In this document: one piece after another, positions 1-16,800 of the stretch | How positions within the stretch are numbered: position 1 is the first letter of the stretch | Layout: every line of letters starts with the position of its first letter | DNA from: Balanoglossus misakiensis | Lineage: Eukaryota; Animalia; Hemichordata | DNA length: 64,000 nucleotides | Assembly: GCA_040954595.2 (NCBI GenBank) | Contig: CM082596.2 | Coordinates: 7,206,368 to 7,270,367 of the forward strand | Direction: 5' to 3' | The notes under the pieces: generated by a model | Databases searched by the model: none | The model's input: the letters and a program-made list of their open reading frames with translations, nothing else | Told to the model about the DNA's origin: nothing | Translations under genes and position numbers: made by a program

Positions 1-72
1 AAACTTGGTATACGTCGGTCGGTCTGTAAAGCCAGTTTGTTTATGTAGTGTTCGTTCAGATCACCATCGACA

Positions 73-243
73 TACAGTCAAATATGTCTATAGCGGCCAG
101 TCAAGAGACTTTCCTAAACTGGGCTTTATAGACATGTGGTCTTTAAATTAAAGACAGGTCAGTTAATGCACCTGTCAATTGCACAGGGACTGTGACAGAG
201 TGGCCACTATATAGAGGTGGCCACTAACACAGATATGACTGCA
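73..243. mobile_element. Tc1/mariner-pogo-like MITE (TA|CAGTCAAA termini); related copy in opposite orientation at 36190-36354
   Basis: tacagtcaaatatgtctatagcggcca ... gtggccactaacacagatatgactgca is an imperfect terminal inverted repeat. The internal sequence is the approximate reverse complement of 36190-36354. Confidence 0.7.
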
Positions 244-283
244 ATCTGAATATACTTATAGGTTTTGTTTTTTTAATCGACAG

Positions 284-597
284 GAATGCACAAGAAGTCG
301 CAAGAAGCAGCTGAGAAGATGAGACAGCAGGAGGAAGACGGCGACCTGAACGACAACTCCGACGTGGACTCGGAGCGCTCGCACGCGCACAGCATCGACC
401 GCGACCCCGAAGAGCTGCGCTCCAACAGCATCGCCACGCTGCGCGCCAAGGCGCAGCAGCACAGCGTCAAACTGCTGCAGCAGGACGCAAAGACTGATTT
501 CGAACAACACGGTCATAAAAAGGGCGGCAGCTGCCCGAGCATCAGAAGCGACTCGAACTGTTACCGAGATCACGAGCGGAGCGAGCTGAAGGATTAA
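284..597 (+). CDS. VSX: Vsx/Chx10 (visual system homeobox) terminal coding exon: end of CVC domain plus OAR motif; upstream exons lie outside the window
   Basis: Acceptor ttttaatcgacag|GA ATG gives (G)MHKKSQEAAEK, the conserved end of the Vsx CVC domain. RSNSIATLRAKAQQH is an OAR motif of the Vsx2 type. Stop TAA at 595-597. Confidence 0.9.
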
Positions 598-3500
598 TAA
601 TAAAAGAAAGCGTGACTCGGTCCTGATGTATTTGCGTTCAATTTTATATAACGTACCAAATAGACCGTTCCTGTCACAAACTCTGCGGCGGAGCTCCTCC
701 GGGGGCGTCGATCGACGCGACAGCGGTGCAAGCCGGGAAGACCGCGACCGTCATTGTACACACAACACACAGAGGCAGCCGGTTCAACCCTAATCGACGC
801 AAAAGAGACAGAAGTTTAGTCACAATTTAATTTAAAAATTTCATCTCGATTCTCTAGTAAATGGGGTATTGCTGGGCAATACAGCTCAGCCGCGGCGGAG
901 TACTCGAAAACCCAATAAGCGAGTCAACAGAATTAAACAGAGCCAGCGCAAAGGGGGAAGCCTGCAACGAATTGATTAATGTAGCAGGTCAGGCATTTAG
1001 CCGACAGCGTCAAGCTGATCTGCTGTTTAGTGTTATATCGCTATTTTATTAAACCTTTGTTCGTTTTAATTTCATTTCACCATGGAGTGGAATCACTTTA
1101 TGCATCCTATTGAAATAATGTCGAAAAAAAAAACACACCTCATTTCCCCACAGTCTGTATTTTTTCCTTGTCGTTTTCTCATCTTGTATTTTTATTTTCC
1201 AAATCTACTTCAAGGAAAATTGACAATTACTAGACGAGAATCAGGCGGATGGACGTGAAATAATGGATATCTTTATTGTATATTTTATGATAATTTGTTT
1301 TTAAACATCGAAGAAAATGTTTCTCTATTTACCTTGTCAATGTATAGAGATTATTATGTGTTTAGTTTTTAGGCTCAGCGAAGCCTGGGTTCTGGTTGTT
1401 GTTTGACAATGCCAGGTGTGTTCAAGGCTATAGTAACTTAAAAAGAAATTTCATATAAATGTGACTTATCTCAACTTGTGTGGTAAAATGTGTCATTTTT
1501 AAAAATTTATATTAAGTAACTTTTGCCGTTGCTTGAAGAGTATATGTAAACTTTTTATGTCGATAGTCATTAGTTATTTGCTGTGGGGCTAACTGGCTCG
1601 AGAGTCACGTGACCGTACACTTTGTAACTTTTCATCCTGACCCTTCTCTTATAGTTTCAATCGGGCGAGGTCGTGTTTATTTACGTACACTTGCCTGGAG
1701 TGTACGCACGTATTAGCCACTCTGTCATATACATGTACACAATCAGGCGAGGTTTTGCCTTCAGTAGGGGAACACTATAGCCGTTTCGAAGCATATCCGT
1801 TTTCTCATAAAACGCCGATAATCGCATTCTAATGTTGTTGGATCAAGCCGGGTCACAGCCAACAGACATGCCGTTAATTCTGCGCGCTGTCAATCATAGT
1901 TGAAAAGAACGCAAAGTGGGTGAACAAAGTTGTATTGGGCGCGCTATTATTTCGCTTGTGCAATCCCTCTCTACTCAAGTATAAGTGTTTAGAACGTCGA
2001 CAAAGTCAAATCCGATCCGAATAGCCAGTGCCAATTTCAAAGGGCGCGTCCCGAGGCTTTGGTCTTCGCCACAGTGCAAGTCTGACAACAAGGCAGCTAT
2101 TAAATCAAGAGTAGGCAATGTATTTTGGACGCTTTTATTCAATTGCAACTTGCGTGTTCAATCGGCAAGTTACTTTGATTGTCAGCAGATATTGGATGCG
2201 AAAATCGCGGCCGGCCCCGCCTGTGGCGTTCAATATCTGGACGATTGCACGACGCGAGTTCACTATCCGGCTTACAGCACCTGGTGTAAAATATGACCAA
2301 TCAGGAAGCACACACAGTTTTCCTGTCATCACAATTAACTGTAGGAATGTGCATAGCTGTAATACAGAGATTCCCATTGGTCGAGAGCACAGGTGCGCAC
2401 GTTCACACATTGGCACGGGCCACGCCATTCTTGTCGCAACTTCCACGGTGACAACATCGTGTCGGGCGACAAAATCGTCACCCAAAATAAGCCAAGAAGC
2501 GTGGCGGAAAAACAACGAAAACGGTGACTGGTTGTTCCAGGAGTTTGGAGAACTTCTCGTAGAAAATGTGCAAGTCTCTGTGCCGTCGAAAGAAACCGTC
2601 GTCCCCTCGAGTTTGCGCGAAGTCCGATCCATCAAGTTGACACAACAAGTAAGCATACAATCATGATACACCACCCTCTAATTTTACCCATAATATGACG
2701 TGAGTGTAGTTTAATACTCCCATAACTTTAGTAAGACCTACATAGAACATCACTTATTAGACACTCTCTTGTTCAACGAATTTATTATTTTGGAAGAAAA
2801 ACTCTTCGTATTTAGCGGTAGAACATCTCGGATGGGACCGCGCATTGTGAGGTGGAGAGATGGGGATAATTTGGCGAACAAACAGACAAGCACTGCGCAT
2901 GTCAAAGGTGCGTTTGTAGTTTATTGCCTGCGCAGGGCTAATTGAACTAATTTAAAAGAGTGGATTTTATCAAATCTCAGTAAATGATTCAATTGTTTAC
3001 ATTTCCCTATACAAACTCGCATTCCATTGAGATAACGAGGTGGCCTGCAATCTTGTAATTTGTGTGCCATAGTCACACACCATAACAGAGACATTGCCTT
3101 CAATTCAGGATGCAATAATACGGAAGAAAAAAATTCGACCCGTCTGCGAATGATATTGATGGCGTTGGCTTGAATCTGTTGGCTGAAGGAGCATCACTTG
3201 TACAATTATGACGCTGCCGTTTCACCCAAGTTTGACTATAGAGTATCGAAAAACAATCAAAATCCGACACTAAAATAAGCATGTGCCATGAGAAAACGGT
3301 GCAGACGCAATCACGTCTGAAGATGGCTAATTAGATGACAACTTGTCTGGCGCAAATTGCAGCTAATATTGAAATCCGATTTCAGGAAATTTTCTCGTGT
3401 AAGCAGGTTTTTTCTGAGAAGATGCAGCGTTTCGAGTTTTCAAGGAAATTCAAACACTGCATAGGCAGGGCGTGACACCGCTCAGCCCTGCCCAGTGAGA

Positions 3501-4525
3501 CAGAGTCTTTTAGAATTTCGACCAAAATGTAATTTTCTTCGTCTGTTGGGGAGGGTAGTTGCACTCAGTGTATGGTTAAAGACATAAACACGTCTCCGCA
3601 CAGCCCCCGGGGCAATCCATGCCCAAGTCCCTGTTATATTTGTACTGGAATCAACGTCGTTATGACAAAGTGGTCCAGACCCAATTAGAAGGACTAACAA
3701 TCTAAATATTTGACACAGTGGCAATGTGTGTACAATACTCTAATAGTTAAATGGGTTCAACTCACAAAAACTGCCACTCACAGTCACCGATGGGTCCGCT
3801 TACCTTATTCCGCGATCGCACCCTTCGCTCTTTCTCTCTCTAAGAACAGTTTGATTTCGGGGTTCCAATTACCTTCGGTTGTAACAGTCAAGTTTCTGGG
3901 GTTTGAGTTTTCGATTGAGTGCCTATAGATCATCCTTTGTATTGTACTTCTGCTGTATAATTCTCTCTCGTGGCGCTCATTGGTGATTGACAGAAGTGTG
4001 AGACATTGCCGACATTAATGCATGATGCATAATTGATGTGTGAAAATTTTAAAAAATCATGCGGTTTTTGACAATTGTGAATCACCTGGACCATAAGAGA
4101 CTCCGCATTCTTGTGTTATATCCAAACGTATGTTTGTATCGCTTCTTTAGTTTTTGAAAGAAGTATCGATGTTCGCTGCAGATCGACACACTTCAGAATC
4201 CGAGAAATCCGAAACGCGGTTCGCGAGAACATCTTTGAAACACAGCTTCTATAATTTAAATCGTATGACTTTGTATCGTTAATTTCTTTTATGGTGATCT
4301 GTATGGAAAAAAATATGATGAAAACGAATAAGAGACAAAAATGCGTATGATGGATCGAACAGGTTAAACCATGAGCGTGAACGTAATTTTTAAATATCAA
4401 TAGCAACATTTGCATGACAAATGTGTATATCTCGTAGGCTACTGGTAGATTCGCCATTAGTCGCAAAACCGTAGTAAGATTGTTGAAGTCGTTTGGTAGG
4501 GTCCAATTGAAGTGTACTCTCAGGC

Positions 4526-4693
4526 ATACTTACCTGGCACAGGGGTTTTAACCGTGATCATGACGGCGGTTCCCCCAGAATGAGGCCCGCGCATTGCACT
4601 CCGCGGGGGTTGATATGTCTGCGATCACCCCAAATGTGGGTGACTCGGGTGCGTAATTTATGGTAGTGGGGGACTGCGTTCGCGCTATCCCCT
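4526..4693 (+). ncRNA. RNU1: U1 spliceosomal snRNA
   Basis: Starts ATACTTACCTGG. Helix H GCAC/GTGC; SL1 loop GATCATGACG; U1A loop ATTGCACTCC; SL3 CACCCCAAATGTGGGTGA; Sm site AATTTATGG; terminal SL4 GGGGGACTGCGTTCGCGCTATCCCC. A 3'-box-like ATCCAAAAATAGA follows at 4704-4716. Confidence 0.96.
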
Positions 4694-5966
4694 CATCTCA
4701 GAAATCCAAAAATAGAGGAAGAAAATCATGACTAATGTCTGTATTGTTTGATTTGTAAGTAAAGCTGTTAGAGCTTTTGCACGGGATAAAAAGTGAACGT
4801 CGCATTGCACCACAGGATCACCAGAAAAAGTGAGACTGCAATGTTTCTGAATGGTAACTTTGGTCGGTCGTTTATTTGGCCGTATGACATATATGATTGC
4901 CGTGAGTGTCAGAATTCAGATATTAAACAGACAGCGTGATCCTGTCAAGATAAAAAGTAAAAGCGATTAAAAGCGCCCGTCTTGTTTTTCCCTTGTTAAC
5001 CAGTGTCAATGGACAGCGGTGGTCTGCCGTTTAACCACGGCCACAACGGGGCGACTCCGAGTCGACAGGCCACGCTGCTTTTGAAGCGTCCGAGGGAACG
5101 CGCGCGGAGTGTAGGGCTATCTTCAGATTACTGTTGCATTCAAGCAACGGCCGCTGATCACAGACATAACAGTAATCCAATATTTGAGGAGACAGGGCTT
5201 TTTAAGTGGCGAAACAGCATCTCGGGCCCGGTGAACCGGTCACAGTGGGCTACCCAGATATCCCGCTACCCAACTATGTCGAAAACATCACGTTAGTCCC
5301 CCAGAACAAGACAAGGAACACCGCTTCCCTCCTTTTCACGTCGACCCACTGCGGCTCAACGCGTGTGGCCCCTTAATTGGACCAATAGTTTTTACTTTGC
5401 TACACAGCTTATTAAGGCTAGTTAGGGACCGGTCATATAAGTGTATAGTGGAGGGCTATTTTCACAAGTGGGCTGACGAGAGGTTGGCCAATTTTCTACA
5501 TGGTATAAGTCGGACCCGGTTACGAAAAGTAATACGTGAATGACTCCACGTGCACTTATATACAAAAATCACAGAATGTAGATGCAGCCTAATAAAATAT
5601 CGGTGCATAAATTGATTCGATAATATTGATAATATTGGTAGTCACAGCAACAATTTCATCAACTCAAATTGTAGCAACATGATGGCACCAGCGATACGAC
5701 CACTTGCGACCGTCACCACGCGTGTACGTGGTGTGTCGACGCGTGTCCGCTGTTTGTGTCCGATTTTGACCCTCGCTCGCCCCTCTCATTTCGTCCAGGA
5801 TTTACGGTTGTCTGTTGGGCATCTGTTGGCCTGGTGTGTCCTTTGAGGGTTCCGGCCTTATACTTTAAGGACACCGGTGAACAAAACACCAAAGTAACTT
5901 GCAACTTGCCGATGCGGCGATGGCCATGTGCTTCCACTTAACACCACCAGAACTACAAGACAATTA

Positions 5967-6172
5967 GGGACTGGTCAATTTCTTCGGCCAGGGGGGCGGT
6001 GGATTCATTTGGGGGGGGGGGGTCACCTGTTTTGGAAATGGGTGATGGGGGGGGGGGGGGGTTCACCGGGTGGATCACCCACTATTCCATCTTTAATGGA
6101 GGAGGGTCAGTCACTTTTTGATATCCACAAAATAGAATCCACCGCCCCCGGTCGAAGAAACTGACCGGTCCC
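5967..6172. mobile_element. PIF/Harbinger-like MITE
   Basis: TIR GGGACTGGTCAATTTCTTCGGCCAGGGGG / CCCCCGGTCGAAGAAACTGACCGGTCCC flanked by a TTA direct repeat (5964-5966 and 6173-6175). A 3-bp TWA TSD is typical of PIF/Harbinger. Confidence 0.75.
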
Positions 6173-9100
6173 TTACGTATGGATAAAACGTGTGCGAAAT
6201 CATCCGTGTGCTGTACCGTAATATTGGTTCATCAAGTCACTTGTTTTCTTGTACAGCGAGTGTAGGATTACACCATCCTCCCAAAACACAACAAACACCG
6301 GTCACAGAAAACGATACCAGTGCTCAATTATCCCCGAAACAGTTCAAATCGTGTTACAACAAATATTTTACACATCTCTCATGTTACGATAACACACTTC
6401 AGTTAATCACGTCATGTTTTTCAAGACTATTTGATATTGAATTAACCCCACGTTTGGTTACACAGGTCAATTTTTTGTCCGGGCAGACGAACGCCTCTTC
6501 TGTGCAAATTGCAACACAGAGATGTTCCCCTGGAAACAGGGCGTGGTTATTTGAAGGTCGGCGAGTTCTGTGTCAAAAATTGCAGATCTTGATTATAGCA
6601 CTTTTTGATGTTTCAAAATCGACTTGATGTCGACTCCGGAGCACGTTCACGTCCGCTGGCGAATCTCACCGTGACGTGGCAGCGGTCGAGTGGATGCGTT
6701 ACTTAGCTTGAAACAATCCAAGTAAGAACCCGCAATTCTCCCCCCCCCCCCCCCCCCCACATACTCACACCCACACCCACGAAATATATGGAAGAAGCAG
6801 GAACATATATAGAGTAAAGAAGCTGATGGCTTTGTGGAGTTGTGTTGACCGTCTTAAATCGGACGTTGGCTAGTTAGCCGAGCCGTGTTCATCCAAGACA
6901 GATCAACTTTGGTCATTGGGCCCTCGAGTGTTAAACTGTCCGTCTTTCTGTTGAGCAACGCGGACCACTTCGTCCATGTCCCGGGGGATTCGTAGAACGC
7001 CACCTTCAATTTCTGTGACATGTTAATTTGAGAACCGTTCGATGTCTGCCGTGTATCTTGATAAGGAACGTCTGTTAGCTTGTGGCTAGTCTACGCCTTG
7101 CATTTGCAGTGTCAGGTATATATGCACGGGAAAATATACTTTAGGTAGTTTACAACTGTCTGGATTTAACTTCACGGGTGAGCGAGCTTTTGCAGCCGTT
7201 GTACGCTACCTGCTGAATGTCGTGGAATTAGTCTTCGGAAAATACTATACTCCCAAAATATTCTATCGCTCGTCGTGGTGTCGGAGAATTTACGCTGTTC
7301 AGCGTCACTCGGCGGGGAAGCGTTCCGCGTCAAAAGGGCGGGGTGCAATAAATACGCTAATTGACGCTATAATGGCTGCCGGAGTCCCGCGCCGCGTAAC
7401 CATGGTGCTGTGGCCAACTTCATAATTCACAAAACGCACACCCACCGCAGTCATAGAGACAAAAAACACAACAGCAGACATACCAGAAGCAACTAAACCC
7501 ATAGTCAGTGCCTGGGAAACAGTGGCGTTTTTTTTTCGTAATTATGCCATCGGTTTTAGACAAGAGAGTTGGAGATTCGTGTATTTGCAGAAAACAATAT
7601 TATATCCCCTGTGCGTAATTTTTGCCCCGTCCCTTAAATCCGTGCTCCGCCAGAGGCTAGTGCCAATTCCATGTCAACATACCTGGAGGACGTTGCAAGC
7701 CTAATAGAGACTTATAGACAATCCCATCGTAGGGGAAAAAACACGAAATTAGCCTGTTCGTCGTATATAAGTAAAAGTCGCGTGGAGTAGTAGGTTTATT
7801 ACGTCACGTTGTATAACGACGAGAAAATACGATTCCTTGTTTCCTTGCAGTTTCTTAAACTAGCCACGCACCTTGCGGCGGGGAGGGGGGGGGGGGTAAA
7901 TTTTAGCTGACGGGTCACAAATTCACGCGGCCGGCTCGGGCGCAAATCAGGAGCCACCGAAGCATGAAAGTGTGAGCGACTGGTTGTAATTTGGTAACCA
8001 AATCTTCCCGTATTGGGTGTCGTCTGCAACACAATATCAACGTGTCTCCAGTGTAAGTGGACCCAGGCAGAATGGTCTGTTTTGCGCCACGTCAGTCATC
8101 CACGCACCAGGGGAACTTTTAAATCCGAGATTCATTGGTACCCCAAGGATGGCAAACAGAAAGGTGCCTATACCCTTGATTTTCTCTCCCCCCCCCCCCA
8201 ACACACTTTACGACTCGCCCCGCCCACCTACTTAACTAAATACCGTTAAATTTGCTGGGCGGTCTCGCAGATATTTACGCGAGATAAGAAAACAGTTTGA
8301 CATTCTTGGTGGCGATGAAGTAGCCCAGCTAGCTGCCGCGATCGGAACCATACCGGGACGCCAGACGGACGTCAAAAAACGAAAAAAAAACGTGGAAAGT
8401 GTCGGACTTAGTCGGTTTAATTGCAATTTCAGAAGGATACCATATAATGGCCAATTACAGCATTTAGAAAGTAATGACGCCAGAGTACCATACAAATTGG
8501 TCCTCGGCCTATTATCTGGTATACAAGTATGTAAAAAACACGATATTTTCAACTCCGATGTATTAACGATGACAAGCCGGGATCGCGCAAAAGTTTATAC
8601 CGATTCTATCTTACCCTGCCCTCTTCCGATGAGAATTCCCATGACAAGACACGGCACGGGTTTCGTAGAGGGCGCTCCAACATTTGTTGGCTGGCCAAGC
8701 CGTACTTATCTGTACACCAGCATAGACAATGTTGGGTTCCTCCACTGTCTATGACACAAGCACAGTGTCTTGGTCTTCTTCCAAGGTCATGTTTGAATAC
8801 CAAGCCGCTGTCTTGCTTGTCGGCGCGCCTTAGCTGCTGCCATTCAAATGCAAATGCTAGTGACATTAAATGAATTCTGGTCCGGACATTATAAGTGTAG
8901 GCCACACACACCCATATAGGTTGTTTTATACCAGCCAAAATGTAACGTAGTCAATATCTGTGATGAATATTTCAACATGCATTTGGATGCAGATAAAGAT
9001 GCCGTGGTTGATACACACGACAATTTGATGGGCTGATGCAGACCATTGCTGGCCCTTCAATGACATACTGTCAGGCAGTGAAATGATCAGCGCCCCTTGT

Positions 9101-9855
9101 GGTAGCTGACCAGCATTCTTTCCTTCATCCCCTTTGGTTTGTCTACAGTCCCTCTATCACTGTGGTTTGTCATGTACACTATACTTGTCTCTGTGATGTC
9201 CTTTTTCAATCTGGAACGCCAGGGGTGTATGTAAGGGGTGGGGGTTGTTGTCTCAGTGCCAGATGTCCCATTGCTCTTTAAATACCCCCCCCCCCCCTTT
9301 TCAATATCTGTCCACAAACTCGGTATGGCCTGTTAAACTGCACAATCATGAAGTCTCGGTGAAATCCCACATGGTGTCTGAAGTCGTGCTGGCCATGAAC
9401 CAAACCAAATCCTATCTCTCTTCCTGCTTTTCTACGTATTCCATTTGTAGGGAAAACATACTCTGCTCAAGGAAACCAAGAAACCATATTTTGTTGTGCG
9501 TCAGTCTTATTTTATTTCGCCACACGATAGACTTTTCAGCGGCTGCATTTTTCTGCAGATGCAAAATTGACATTAAATCCTGCTCCATGTCTGTATATAC
9601 TCATGTAATTAGCTGTAATTTATTGGCAGAGACAATTAAAACCCTGTGAGATGCCAGATAGTAAATTGGAAGAATTAATTTGCCACTGTCTTGTGATGTA
9701 CTTGTCATGTCCTACACAATTTGGATAAACATTATTCAAAACTCAAGCGATGGATTTGAAAAAATATGGAGTTCATATAAAAACAAGTTGCCACTTGTAA
9801 ATTGCAGGGAAAACATGATTAGCTGCTTGTAGAAATACTGAGAGATTTTGTTATG

Positions 9856-13351
<3,496 letters not shown>

Positions 13352-13829
13352 ATTGTTGGTCTGCTGTACAAATTCCGAGGGGTAGAATGGTCGCAAGAAA
13401 CTTCCGATCGTGGATTTCTTTTGCTAATTACTGAGCATGAAACAGGCGAAATACAATGTAGTAATCAGTGACTGTGATCGACTCCACGATCAGCTCTATG
13501 CACCAAGTGTTTCTGCTGAAATCTAACACACACACGTTTACCATACCACCTTGTCTGACGACACCGCCATGTAAGAGAGTCAATAACCCATCATTTGATT
13601 GGCTGTCGAGGAAGGATTGCCGCAGCAACAAGTGCTGTAATTGGTCGAGCTCTGGGTTACCCATGATGCTCTGCAATAGAACATGGCGGCGTTCATGAAT
13701 CTTGAACCTTTGCAACGAGTAAACAACAACATTTACAAATACTCCTCTACGCGTGATCGGTCGAGTTTTCTGGACTACTCACACCAGCCGTAGATGTAAC
13801 TGGCTAGTGGTGTGCTAGATCCAAAAGTG
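13352..13829. promoter_or_regulatory. Bidirectional promoter region shared by WARS and WDR25
   Basis: Divergent ATGs only 478 bp apart; CpG-rich; reverse CCAAT boxes (ATTGG) near 13598 and 13640; ATGGCGGCG YY1-like site near 13683. Confidence 0.75.
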
Positions 13830-16800
13830 ATGGACGCCCTCCAGGCCTACGTAAGTTCGGGCTCCGACAGCGAGTCGGAAAATGCGGTCGAACACAGAAG
13901 TAGCACATCGAAAGCCAGAAGTGGGTCATCCCAGTTTGGTGACGCTGTAGCGGACGTTAGAGGTAACACGACCGGGCTTTATGTTGACTATTCGCAGCGG
14001 GAAAATTCAGGAGGACATTGGTTCGGTAAAGGTCGACCCAATTTCCGGGAAAGTCGCCCTGAACTTGTAAACAGGGAGGGCTATCATCACCACCACCACC
14101 ACCAGCAGCCAATGCAAAGGGATGGGCCCAGGTGGGTTCACCCGCAGGTCAATGAGTTCGCGCACTATCCCCGGAACCCTCCCGACGGAGGCGGTGTTGA
14201 GTTTGACGCCGGGGCAGCGTATGGCTTTCAGTCGTACACCCCAGGGAATCACCACGAGCAACACCAGGTTCCCAGCCGGAAACGTAGCCGGTGGGATTCT
14301 CACGAAGACACGGCTACCACTACCAGTGGCTTCAATGGACGTCAGTCTGTGGAGACGCCATCAAATGTGAAACTCCCATCCAGCCTTGACCCGGGAAACC
14401 GCCCACCTAGTAACTTTGTTCTCCAACCGTACATTGCCAAGAGAGACAGGCAGCAAAGTGACCAGCAAATCCTCCATCATGGGAATGTCCATACGTCACC
14501 TGGTGACAAATCATTTTGGACAGAAAATGGGAGCAATGCAAACTTTGATAAGCAAAATCTCCCTACAGATGCAAACAGACATTTCCACCAGAGCGCAAAG
14601 CCGAGAACGTTTCTAGCTCCCCCGATGCCGGTGGTGTCGGCTTTAACCGAAGGCGTGACGGACAGACTCCCGCACAAGTGGGTGCTGAGCTTCGACGAGC
14701 ACTCGGCCGCCGTCAACCGCCTGAGCTGGAACGTTGAGCAGTACAGCCACCTGCTCGCGTCGGCGTCCATGGACAAGAGTGTGAGGATATGGGATGCGGT
14801 GGTCGCCAAGAGGTGTGTTCAGACGTTGCAGCATCATCAGTCGGGGATCAAAGACGTGCAGTGGAGTCGCGGCGGCGATAATTTGCTCAGTTGTGGATTT
14901 GACAAAACGGCCAGATTCTGTCATGCCGAAACTGGTAATTGACACCATTGTTTTGCAGTCTAAGATCCCTTCATAAATAAGTGTTTGCCGTGATGAAAAA
15001 AAAATACTTGATTTTTCATGAATGAACCACACACTCACAAACACACGCTCACAGGCATGTGCATTCATACACGTCACCAGTATTATTGTCAATGATGTGT
15101 AGCTCAGCTGTGTCTGGACATGGTCATCATTGACTATGCTGTACTGGTTATGATATCTTTCAAGGGTGGATGTTGTCTAGGTGCAATAATTGTAGCCTTG
15201 GCGGGCTGCGATGTGCGCATTGGGGTAGGCTTGGATGTGCGGCTATGGGTGGGCTTCTGTCATGCGGGATACCCTACCATAGTGCTATCAGCACAACCCA
15301 TCCCATCCCAAGCTGGCCTGCACGACCCAGTCCACCAAGGCTACAATTATTGCAATGAGGTGTCATCCATTCCTGTCTGCATCTGCTGTTTTATGTCCCA
15401 TGTGACACAGATGTAGCATGTGAAAGTAGGCCTGTGCAAAGACTAACTGCTACAATGTACAAAAAAATGTACATCATGGCTAACAATGCACCCTATCTTA
15501 TCACAATTCCTATTTATTTTGACATAATATGTATAATATAACATACATGTTGTATAGTAAATTTTTTCTATACATGTATATGGATATGTACCCAACCTGA
15601 TGTGGATAAGTAAAGTTATCATATTTTTGATTGCAGGTCAAGAAGTGCAGTGTTTTCAGCACCCAACCTATGTAACATGTGTCAGATTTCATCCAGAGCA
15701 GCCTAATGTCTTCCTCAGTGGCACCTACGACTCGGCTATTCTCTGCTGGGATATAAGAACAAATTCGGTAACTTTCCTTTTGATAATTGTATATCCTTGT
15801 TACTGATCCATGCCCAATATAATTTGTCACCTTCTGCCAAAAAGTCATTCCAATGGTCACTGATATTTGCTTGTCTGAACCAGTTCCATCTAAAGTTGGT
15901 AAAACAGCAAATGACTGCTGTTTGCATGTGTGCATCAGTTTGTTTTTCCTTTGTGTGAGATTCAAGGATGCGGATTTCATTTTATAGTTCTTGGAGCCTG
16001 ACAGACTGACTTGTTACATGTGACAGTGGTTCACAACATACCAGTATAGCTGCCAAGTTGCCATTTTGTCTTTTTAATTGTACGCTTAGTCAAATTTAAT
16101 TAGAAAGATTTATTGAATTGTTTCTCATACTTTGTTAGTACAGGGATGAAACACTGTGACATGAGTATGAACCCAGGTTTGTTTTTGTCTGAAAATTGTT
16201 TATGCCAGACCCACATTTCAATGCTGGGGCAAACACTGGAGTATTTGTATGGTGTTTTCTGCATAATATTTATCCTCATATAGAGTGACAAAATCAACAC
16301 TGTGTGATTTCAGGTCGTCAAGGAATACAGAGGCCAGTTCGGCCAAGTGCTGGACCTGCTGATGTTGGGTGACGGTTCTGAGTTTATCTCCTCCACTGAC
16401 ATCGTTTCCAGGGACTCGTCGGACAGGACCCTCATTGCGTGGGACTTCAGAACGGCAGCCGTCCTGTCCAATCAGATCTACCATGTGAGTAGTTCATCGC
16501 ATGATCATTTGCATAAACAAGGCTGTCGCAGAAACAAAGTGGTGAGGGCTATTAACCCTAATGCTACTGGGTGTCATACCTGTTTAGAGTGTCAAGTCCC
16601 TTAAAATACGTATTTGCCACTTTTTCTTCTAAAACGTATTTTGACTGTCTTTACTTGGCTCTCATACGTACTTCAACCATAGACAGAACACACTTGGCAG
16701 TTTGAACCCCCTGTAAAATGTACCAAATCGTACTGGTTTGCACTGGTTTGGTTTGAGGGTCTTGTGTAGGCCCTACTCAGTACTGAGTAACACACACTTG

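Noticed and set aside
1985-2674. Overlapping 182-aa and 179-aa ORFs on both strands
   Set aside because: No recognisable domain or convincing splice structure; expected by chance in GC-balanced non-coding DNA.
7740-8940. Possible gene or transposase remnant in a CpG-rich stretch with 100-120 aa ORFs
   Set aside because: No recognisable motifs, TIRs or TSDs were found by eye.
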